From contig JWZX01003036.1 in the NCBI GenBank assembly GCA_001275005.1, positions 1 to 38,576 on the forward strand: a DNA stretch of 38,576 bases. Direction: 5' to 3'. The notes beneath the pieces were generated by a model, which ran no database searches, had not been told where the DNA came from, and was given only the letters and a program-made list of their open reading frames with translations. The DNA comes from Chrysochromulina tobinii. Taxonomy: Eukaryota. Both the position numbers and the translations under genes were made by a program. Shown here in pieces: positions 10,638 to 19,314 of the stretch (its first letter is position 1; each line of letters opens with the position of its first letter).

Positions 10638-10812
10638 CTACACCTCCGACTCCCACTGCGACGACCCCGGCGCCCGTGCGCAGACTGCATCTACGGCACC
10701 GACTGCGCCGACTGCGGCCCGCGCTTTCCGCCTCCTCCGCCCATCTGCGCCGAGACGTGCAACTGGGCTTCCGACGCCGATTGCGACGGCGGCGGCCCCG
10801 GCTCGGAGTTCC
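10638..10812 (+). pseudogene. Degenerate fragment of a Cys-rich extracellular repeat (CDDGGPGSE...C.YGTDCADCGPR type)
   Basis: YTSDSHCDDPG in one frame, then CADCIYGTDCADCGPRFPPPPPICAETCNWASDADCDGGGPGSEF in another. No complete ORF surrounds it. Confidence 0.5.
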
Positions 10813-11226
10813 GCCCGGCCCCAGGCCGACGGCATGTGGACCGGACCAATCGTCACATGTAGTAAAGGTTGCAGACAGTGTGTACGTCCTGTACATAACC
10901 AGTCCAAGAACAAAAGTTCTCAAGTAAGAGCTACTCACCACCGAAACGAAAACGACAAACGCGGGTGGGGAAGCCGGCGGTAGCTCTCTCAACATGATGT
11001 TATTATTATTTGTTCATGTATTATTTGTTGTATGCATGGTTGTATGTTGATGAAGGCGTCACGACTGCCGAAACAATGTGGTACATGTACAGCCCTCTCG
11101 CAGTCGCGCCAAAGTCGCGCGCGCGCATGATGGTTACGAGTGAATTCACGAAAGTTGGCCCCACGGGTCCGTCTAGTGGTATACAGAACAGGACCTGACT
11201 TGCAGACGTGTGCACAGGCCCGCAGC

Positions 11227-12612
11227 ATGTCGTGTCCGGACACTGCCATGTGCAGACTCCGCACACGACTAGCGGCAATCGACAATGCGTGCGCGCGTCG
11301 GGAGGTACATTGCACGTGGGGTGAATCATCCTCTCGTTGCTGCATCCACAGCTGTCGGGGGCGCGGTGCTTGCGTGAATGGCTCCTGCCAGTGCGACACC
11401 GGTTTCAGTGGGGTCGACTGCAGCATGAGTGCCGACGCCCCTCACTGTCCCAATGGGGCACCACAGCCGCGTGGTATCTTCATCGGCGAGGAGGGACTTC
11501 ATGCAACAGGCGGATCGAGCACCATGAGCCCGGCACGCTTCGGCTATGCCCATGAATGCAAGGGTACTCCAATCACGACGTTGGAGCCATCACTGAACGG
11601 CATATACGCTCCAATAGACATCTTCTTGCTTCGCCTTCTCTCGGACCACACCTTCCGTTCCCTTTCGAGGTCGTGTGCACAGGCAGAGTGGCACCCGATG
11701 TATGCACGCCGCATCTACCACAACACTGACCTCGTCAGCAAGTGGAGCATCCGAGCAGTGCTTCGCCAACGAAGGCAGAGCAGGGGTGCCCCGATGCTCC
11801 CCTGGATCCACGAGGACCACTCTGATGTGGGCTCATGCGGCGAGCCGCTGGATCACTTTACGGAGGGAGATATACTGCTCACCTATTGGGGCCATGTGGC
11901 TTGCAAGCCGCCGAACGTCTTCCTCGTTGTGGTCCCTGGCGGCACACGCCACAGCCTCGTGTTGAACCGAACCGAGCATCGGTGGACGAGCATGCACCCT
12001 GAGCTTGTCACGTGGGCGCGCCGAGTGTACTCCCCTGCTCACTTGCATGCGCCGCGCCGGCCGGTGCTATACTTCCAAGGCTCCACCCGCGAGGCTGGCG
12101 CGAGCGCCGACGTGGTCAGCAGATGCTTCTTTCCTCACAACCGGAGCAAGGGGTGTGGTCAAGGGGTCTACTCACTTGGGATACGGCAAGCGGTGCGTCG
12201 GACCATCGGCAGCGACGCCCGCGTGGTCTTCAACGTTGGCAAGACTGGGGGTTACCTGACCACTCTGTCTCAGACAGAGTTCTGCCTGACTGCACCGGGC
12301 TTCGGGTTTGGAGTCCGCATCATCGACTACGTCGCGACGGGCTGCTTACCGGTCATCGTCCGAGTCGAGCCGCAAGTGCTCTTGCCTCTGGAGCCCGACC
12401 TCGACTACTCTGCGTTCGCTGTGAGCATACCGTTTGCAGCGATCGGAGCCCTTCCTGAGATTCTCGCCAACATGAGCTCCACCGAGATCCGCCGGAAGCG
12501 TGAGGCGTTACGGGATGTGCATAAACAGTTCATCTGGGACGAGGGGTACGGTCAGGCGTACGAAGCGGTGCTGGGCGCGCTGCAGCGCCGGCTTTCCCGC
12601 CGCCACACATGA
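11227..12612 (+). CDS. Exostosin-family (GT47) glycosyltransferase with EGF-like domain; 5' end uncertain
   Basis: EGF-like CRGRGACVNGSCQCDTGFSGVDCS. GT47 motifs RPVLYFQGS, YSLGIRQ, FCLTAPGFGFGVRIIDYVATGCLPVIV and LPLEPDLDYSAFAV. Confidence 0.85.
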   Translation: MSCPDTAMCRLRTRLAAIDNACARREVHCTWGESSSRCCIHSCRGRGACVNGSCQCDTGFSGVDCSMSADAPHCPNGAPQPRGIFIGEEGLHATGGSSTMSPARFGYAHECKGTPITTLEPSLNGIYAPIDIFLLRLLSDHTFRSLSRSCAQAEWHPMYARRIYHNTDLVSKWSIRAVLRQRRQSRGAPMLPWIHEDHSDVGSCGEPLDHFTEGDILLTYWGHVACKPPNVFLVVVPGGTRHSLVLNRTEHRWTSMHPELVTWARRVYSPAHLHAPRRPVLYFQGSTREAGASADVVSRCFFPHNRSKGCGQGVYSLGIRQAVRRTIGSDARVVFNVGKTGGYLTTLSQTEFCLTAPGFGFGVRIIDYVATGCLPVIVRVEPQVLLPLEPDLDYSAFAVSIPFAAIGALPEILANMSSTEIRRKREALRDVHKQFIWDEGYGQAYEAVLGALQRRLSRRHT

Positions 12613-12865
12613 AGCCTTGAAGTAGGTTCATAGAATATCACAGACCATAGGCGTATAGTATAGGGCACACGGTAATAGAGATAGTACCTTATAGGCGTCG
12701 TCGGGCATCTGTCGTACAATGTATAGGTCCAGGTCGGTAGCGGCAAGCGCGGGTAGGACACCAGTAGCAGTACCAGGTAGGACTCGAATAACAGTATCAG
12801 CGTAGGACCCCGCTCGGTGAAGAACGGCGACCCCCCGTTTTCTGGTTCACAGGGGGTGAGAGAGC

Positions 12866-14598
12866 ATGAAAGATCTAAGGACTCACCTCTTCCTCGCCGT
12901 CCTCGTCCTGGCCTCCACGCCCGTGTCCGGCGTCTTGCCGAGGCCGCAGCAGCAAACAGACTCGGGAGATGTGTTCTCACTCGGCGAAGAGTTTCAGTTT
13001 CTCGCCGTTGGTGTGCATTCGACGCCCATGCTTCAGAATGCATTCGATCGCTATCGCGCCATCATCTTCCAGCGGCGCAAGCCGGACGGTGCTGCGCCTG
13101 CACTGAGCACAATAACAGGCTGCGACGTGAACGTGACGTCGGATGTGCAAGTCAAGACGCTCACGACGGATGAGTCGTACGAGCTGCATGTCCGAGCGCC
13201 TCGCCTGTTCGTGCGCGCTGCGACCGTCTTCGGAGCCTTGTACGCACTCGAGACGTTCAGTCAGCTCGTTCGCTCCGATTTGTCCATCGATGGCACCGTG
13301 ATCACCGACAAGCCGCGCTTTGCCTACCGTGGCACCATGATCGATACGTCCCGGCACTTTTATCCGGTCACGTCTATCAAGATGCACATCGACGCGATGG
13401 CGTACGCAAAGATGAACGTGCTCCACTGGCACATCGTGGACGAAATCAGTTTCCCGTACGAGTCCGTCGTGCTGCCACAAATGAGTCTCGACGGCGCCTT
13501 CAGCCCCAAGCACGTCTACTCGATCGCGGCCATTCGGGAGATCGTCGAGTACGCGATGCTGCGCGGCGTGAGGGTGATTCCGGAGTTTGACACGCCCGGT
13601 CACGTGAGCCGAGGCTGGGGCTCTCTCGGCGTGCTCACCCAATGCTACGACGTCAAGACGGGCGCGCCGACCAACTTCGGAGCCCTCAACCCGACGTTGA
13701 ACCAAACCTACGCGGTGCTCAGCACCCTCCTCGCCGAGGTCAGGGACGTGTTTGCACCCGAGGCGTACATCCACGTGGGCGGCGATGAGGTTCCTAAGGA
13801 GTGCTGGCAGTCCAACCCGCAAATTGCGTCCTGGCTGCATGAGCACCCGAGTGTGAAGGACTTTGCCGGGCTCGAAACCTACTTTGAGCAGCGGCTGCTC
13901 GCACTGCTCAAAGCGCAGGGCTCGTCGTACATCGTCTGGCAGGAGATCTTCGACAACGGTGTTGAGATCTTGCCAGATACCGTGATCGAGGTGTGGAAGG
14001 GGAGCCCAGGATTGTCTGTGATCACCTCTCATGGCCTCTGATCTCATCTGATTGCCTCGCTCATCAGGTGTGGAAGGGAGGCCACGGAGGCGACCAATGG
14101 CTCTGGCAGACCGAGATGGCGAAGGTGACTGGCGCTGGCTTCAAGAGCGTGCTGTCCGCGCCGTACTACCTCAACTACATCGCCTATGGGGCCGATTGGA
14201 TCAATTACTACTCGATCGAGCCGGCTAACTTTACGGGCGGCGCCGCCGCCGAGTCCAACGGCCTCATCGCCGGGCTTGAGGCCTGCTTCTGGTCAGAGTA
14301 CATTGATGCCACCAACCTCGCTTCTCGCGCATGGCCGCGGGCGGCGGCCGTCGCTGAACGGGCGTGGTCGGCTGAAACCGTGACGAACCTGACGGATGCG
14401 GAACGTCGGCTGCACGAGTGGCGATGCATGCTACTGACTCGTGGCATCAATGCGGAGCCGATCGGCACCTGCTCGGTGAACGCTCAACGCGTTGGCGGGC
14501 CGACGTTGCAGCAGTGGTGCCAATACCAAGTGCCTGGGTACGGTGGCTACTGCGCGGAAGAATGGGATCCCGTGTACAGCGCGCCGTGGGACCGATAA
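12866..14598 (+). CDS. Secreted beta-hexosaminidase (GH20); exons 12866-13990 and 14068-14598
   Basis: Signal peptide. Motifs DKPRFAYRGTMIDTSRHF, KMNVLHWHIVD, RVIPEFDTPGH, catalytic HVGGDEV, EACFWSEYID and WPRAAAVAERAWS. The intron restores the frame. Confidence 0.93.
13991..14067 (+). other. GT-AG intron (77 nt) bracketed by 13-bp direct repeat AGGTGTGGAAGGG
   Basis: Repeat at 13989-14001 and 14066-14078. The 3' end is CTGATTGCCTCGCTCATCAG. Removal gives VIE|VWKGG. Confidence 0.9.
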
Positions 14599-15255
14599 GC
14601 TGCTGTGGTGCTGCCGTGGCCGATACGCCCTATAGCTTTGCGCGGCCACCACCAACTACATGTATGGTCAAGAGCAATTGTTCCTTAGAGCGAGAGAACA
14701 TCATAGAAAATAGACGCAAGCGGTGTGCGCGCGCCGGGATGCTTGGTTAGCGATTCGGCGTGAACCGTTGTGTGCGACCCCGCGTGCTGCGTGGTGAGGG
14801 CACGGCTTTTCAGATTTCGCGATTCGCGACGTAGTCTTTTGTTATGATTATTGTTAAATTAACGACGAACGTAACTCGGCCGGCGGGCCGCGGGACCAGA
14901 GCCCCGGGCGAAGCCGAGATGCGGCCGAGCGCGGCAGCAAAATTAATACCGCATCGCGGTCCACAGACGTGCGCGCGTCCCCCGCGCCCAGGACCCCCAG
15001 ACGCTCGGTCTGGCAGGACGACCACACCTGGCCATGCACCTGGTACACAGAGAACACACGCACACACACCAACGCAAACCGCGTCGGTTGTACCGTCCGC
15101 GAGAGACACGACCCCAAAGTCATACGTGGTATCGAAGTAGCTGTCACCTGCCCCTCGCCATGCCGGCTCGTGATGCACTCCGAGATTACTCCGAGATTAC
15201 TCCGAGATGCCACCGTACGGTCGCTCTCTCCTCCTTGGAGTGCTCAACACGGCGC

Positions 15256-18200
15256 TCAAGAGAGCACAAGGTCGGCCATCTGCAGCCCGACATGCATGTC
15301 CTCCTCCTCCTCGTCGTCGTCCTCGTCCTCGGTGCTCGATGTGTCGCCCTCCTCCTCCTCCGCCAACGCCGGCCGGGCGCCATGATGGGCGCTCGACATG
15401 GCGCTCGGGTCCCCTCGAGTGCGTGCGCCCACGACGGCCACCCGCACTGCGGGGTCTGCTCGAATCAGCGCGCCCAACGGCTGCGCCCCGTCGGGGCTGC
15501 CCGCGCTGTGTTGAGCACCAACAACCGCCGGGCCGCCGTCGCCGCCGCCGCCGCCAAGAACTCCAGCGCCCCCATCGTACAGGAGCGTCGCGTCCTCAGC
15601 ATGTCTCTCAGTACCTGTAGGCCTCGAGCTGCCGGGCTCGGGCCGCGGGCGCGGCGGCGTGAACGGCCGTTTCGGGTCGAGGACCCAATTGTGCTCGGCG
15701 GCGGCGGCACGCCCCCGTGCACGCAGAACCTGTGGGCAAGTGGATGGGGCGTCGTGGTGAGCACTAGTGAGCACTTGCATGCACGAGGGGGAGAGCGGCA
15801 CGCCCGCGTGCATGCAGAACCTTGGGGAAGACGTGGAGCTCGCGGCTCATGACGACCATCGCCGCGTCGTTCTTGTGATGGCCGCCGTAATCGGGCGCCG
15901 AGAAGACGGTTAGAATGCGCCCGCCTGCACACCTGCCATCACCAAGGGAAGCAGGCGAGATCACGGCGAGATCACGAAGGTCGTTTGGCGCACTCAGTCG
16001 CACTCAGTCGCACTCAGTCGCAATCAGTCGCAATCAGTCGCACTCAGTCGCACTCAGTCGCACTCAGTCGCACTCAGTCGCACTCAGTCGCACGCGCACC
16101 ACTCGAAGCCGTCCTGGACGCACTGGTGGGCGCGCAGGATGAGCTTGAGCCCATTAGCCGCGCAAAAGGCGCGTACGCGGTCGGGCGCGAAGGCGACCGT
16201 ATTGGGACCTGTGGGGAGAGGGTGCAGGGCGCGGTGAGGAGCACTTGCATGCAAGCGTAGGGTCTCGAGCGCGTTCGACTCGATCGTATTGGGACCCCGC
16301 GAATTCGGATGGCAGCCGACAAGACCGTCTGAGTCTGTTGGATCGGACCAAAGGATCTGATATGGGAAGCACTCAGTGACCAGTCAGTACTGATGAGGAA
16401 ATCACTCAGTGGCCAGTAAGTACTGGGCGATAACTGCTGGCAAGTTGTGCACCATCAGAGGGGCAATCAGTGACTCACCTCGTTGAGCACGTTCCGTTGC
16501 GACAAGTTCACACTCACGGGGCGCGGCAGCTCGCGGAGCTGATCGAGGTTCTGAAGCGACTCGCCTATGCCCCCATGCACAGCAAGCACCACATCGTCAA
16601 TGAGCGCCGCCACGGGCATCATCTCGAACACCTGGTTGATGGCAGTCCACACGTGCGCGCCGTCGCGGCAGCGGCGCATACACTCCTGGCGGAAACCGTA
16701 GTGAGCGTTCACTTGCGGGTCCTCGTGGTTGCCTCGCAGCAACGTGACCCTCGACGGATGGCAGATCTTGAGTGCAAGTAGCAACGCCACCACCTCCAGC
16801 GAGTGCTTGCCACGGTCGACATAGTCACCGAGGAACAGATACGAGCAGTAGTCCACGTCGCCCGTGTATGCATTCGGCGAGCCAAACGCGGCAAAGAATC
16901 GCTGCAAATCTCCAAACTGGCCGTGCAAGTCTCCAAAGATCTTGAGCGGGGCTTTGAGCGGCACGAGCGATGAAGTCGTCCACATGCGTCGCTCGAGGCA
17001 GAGCTTGCACATGATGAGCAGCTCGGCATCTGTGCACACGTACTCGAGTGAGCCTTCGCCCATTCCGCAGCGCTCGAGCGCCGCCGCGTCCCACCCGCCG
17101 AGCAGCAGTGTGTCACACACGCGCTTGGCCACGTCCTTCCCAGGGGCGGGAGAGGGCGGCGCCAACCACGATCTCGCATGCATCTCGACCTGCCGCTTTT
17201 GGATCGCCGCGTCCGTCGGATCGATGTCGACAGAGGTCTGCCGTTGCAGCCCAGTCGGAGCCGCCGCCCTGCCCAGGAGACCTTTGGGGCTAGCCGACGA
17301 GAGAGACCGGTAGGTCATCGGCGCCTCGAGGACGACCTTCTTAAAGGCAAAGCGCACCTCACCGCCCGGCGACGGCGGCGGCTCGCCACCGCCGCGCCGC
17401 CGCCTCGCGCTCAGCAAAGGGCCCTGCGCACCCTCCACAGCGCCGCCCACGACAGCGCCGCCCACGACAGCGCCGCCCACGACAACGCCGCCCACGACAG
17501 CGCCACCCACGACAGCGCACGTGGATGCATGCATGCTCGGGCCGAGGTTGAGCGCCGTACCGGGCAGCGGCGGGTTCATGCCGCCGGCATGTGGCGGCGA
17601 GTCAGGCGCACTCACCTGATGAGGGAAGCAATCATTTTGATGAGGGAGGCAATCAGGGCGGCAATCAGCATGTGGCGGCGAGTCAGGCGCACTCACCTGA
17701 TGAGGGAAGCAATCATTTTGATGAGGGAGGCAATCAGGGCGGCAATCAGCATGTGGCGGCGAGTCAGGCGCACTCACCTGATGAGGGAAGCAATCAGTCT
17801 GATGAGGGAGGCAATCAGGGCGGCAATCAGCATGTGGCGGCGAGTCAGGCGCACTCACCTGATGAGGGAGGCAAGCAGCCTGATGAGGGAGGCAATCAAG
17901 TCGGCAATCAGCATGTGGCGCACTCACCGATAGAGACGGCCTCGAGGCACGTGAGGAAGCACGCACGGGGGTGCCCTTGCCCAAGGCCGACGTAGCCGTA
18001 TCGGAAGCGTCCTCCGCCGACGCCGCCGTCACTGCCACCGCTGTCGCTGTCGCTGTCGGAGCCTGCTGTGAAGCCTGCTGTGAAGCATGCTCACGTTCCC
18101 GATAGGGCGAGGCGGTGCGTGAGCTGTCCGGGCATGAGGCCTTCGGCTTCATCAGCCGGGTAGGGGGCGAGAGCGGCGAGCGGCTGGCGCTCCCTGGGCC

Positions 18201-18977
18201 ACTCCCAAGTGCATGCAGCGTCGGCGCTGCGAGTGGCTGGGCCACAACAGGAGCGTACCGGTACGGGCCGACGGCGCCAGAGGGAGATTCGAATGGAGAT
18301 TCGAAGGGAGCCGCGGCGGCGACGGCGGCGGCAGCGACGGCGGTGGCGGCGCTCTCCTTCGCGGCAGGCAGGCAGAGCGGGAACTCAGTACGGTACAGTC
18401 GGCTGCAACCCCGCAGCTTTAATTGGCCGACGGCCTCCCGAAAAACAGGGAGCGTCAGCCTCGTTCCCACAGCGCCTGTGAGCTGCTCATGGAGCGCGGC
18501 GGCCTCGGCCATCTCGGCCTCGACCTCGAGTGACGGCTGCCCGTACGCGAGCCGCACGTGCCCGAGCAACACCGCCAGCTCGGTGGCACTCAGCTCTCCG
18601 TCGCCGTCCTGATCGTAGACGCGGAACACGTACTGCGCACGCAGGCCGTTCCAAACGCCGCCGTGCGCGGTCGTGGGATCCATGGCGACGAGCGCGACGA
18701 GGAAATCGTAAAAGGAAAGTCGCGTCCCGCGCAGCATCGCACGGTAGTAGTGCGCCTCCATCGTCGCAGGCACGCCCAAGGTCGCAAGGAAGGTCGTCGT
18801 GGCTGCCGCGCCCGCGGCGCCCTCGACGCTCGGCAGCGATTCGTATACGCTGCGGCAGCGATCCACCCGCTCGTCGTCCCATCCTGCGACGCGCAAGAGC
18901 TCCGGCAGAGCCTCTGAAGGGTCATCTTGCCGGTCCCAAGGCTGGCGTGCCGAATCCCACATCCCGTGGTCCATCAT
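15256..18977 (-). CDS. EF-hand-containing PPP-family Ser/Thr phosphatase with BSU1/PPKL-like catalytic domain; proposed exons 18977-17928, 17615-16479, 16356-16296, 16208-16100, 15932-15821, 15729-15256
   Basis: EF-hand YDQDGDGELSATEL. PPP motifs GDLHGQ, GDYVDRG, LRGNHE, VHGG, LWSDP, RAHQCVQDGFE and TVFSAPDY assemble in frame after splicing. Start and last exon are less certain. Confidence 0.88.
15730..15820 (-). other. GT-AG intron (91 nt) bracketed by 28-bp direct repeat with 2 mismatches
   Basis: AGGTTCTGCRTGCACGSGGGCGTGCCGC at 15822-15795 and 15731-15704. Carries the TGCATGCAAGTGCTC...CCCACAG module. Confidence 0.85.
15933..16099 (-). other. GT-AG intron (167 nt) filled by a 10-bp tandem repeat
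   Basis: Removal gives DGFEW-CAGGRILTVFSAPDY. Contains (CACTCAGTCG or CAATCAGTCG) x10 at 15991-16090. Confidence 0.85.
16209..16295 (-). other. GT-AG intron (87 nt, in-frame) bracketed by direct repeat GGTCCCAATACG(R)TCG
   Basis: Removal gives the PPP-typical HPNSRGPNTVAF. Carries TGCATGCAAGTGCTC...CCCCACAG. Confidence 0.8.
16357..16478 (-). other. GT-AG intron (122 nt) with internally duplicated acceptor module
   Basis: GTGAGT donor. Removal gives NVLNE|ILWSDP. Two copies of AGTACTKACTGGYCACTGAGTG...ATCAG. Confidence 0.85.
17437..17518 (-). repeat. 15-bp coding tandem repeat, about 5.5 copies, encoding (AVVGG)n
   Basis: ACAGCGCCGCCCACG units on the + strand. Confidence 0.9.
17616..17927 (-). 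repeat. Four stacked intron-like units (69+81+81+81 nt), each GTGAGT...CCCTCATCAG
   Basis: Units at 17927-17859, 17858-17778, 17777-17697 and 17696-17616. Each begins with a copy of the downstream exon start. Confidence 0.85.
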
Positions 18978-19314
18978 CAGTTCCGTTTGGGCTTGGTGGC
19001 CGTGGGTGCAGGTGGCGCTGTGCGGAACAAAGCGCGGAACAGTCGCGAGGCAAGATACACCGCGGCGAAGATGGCCAACAGATCAAATGGCGAGACGGGC
19101 AGAGCGCCTGCCTCGGCCGACTGAGAGGCCGCCGTGGCTAAAGAGGAGTAGGCCATCGGCACGAGGACGCGCCGGTGGAGAAAGCGTGCCTGTGAATATG
19201 CTCGGTTTTGCGTTTCGGCAGAGATGCCGAACCGATACCGTCTTCGCGAGGGTGGAAACGGCGGCCCGTCGGTTCAAATTCACGAGACAAACGCGCTCCT
19301 TTTTTGGTTCGAAA

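Noticed and set aside
15991..16090. Telomeric or interstitial telomeric repeat
   Set aside because: The 10-bp unit does not resemble TTAGGG-type repeats and sits inside an intron.
17616..17927. CRISPR-like array
   Set aside because: The units are whole tandem repeats without unique spacers, lie inside a eukaryotic gene, carry splice signals, and no cas genes are present.
18799..19314. N-terminal extension of the carboxypeptidase ORF
   Set aside because: It overlaps the opposite-strand phosphatase, and the signal peptide begins at ATG 19315.
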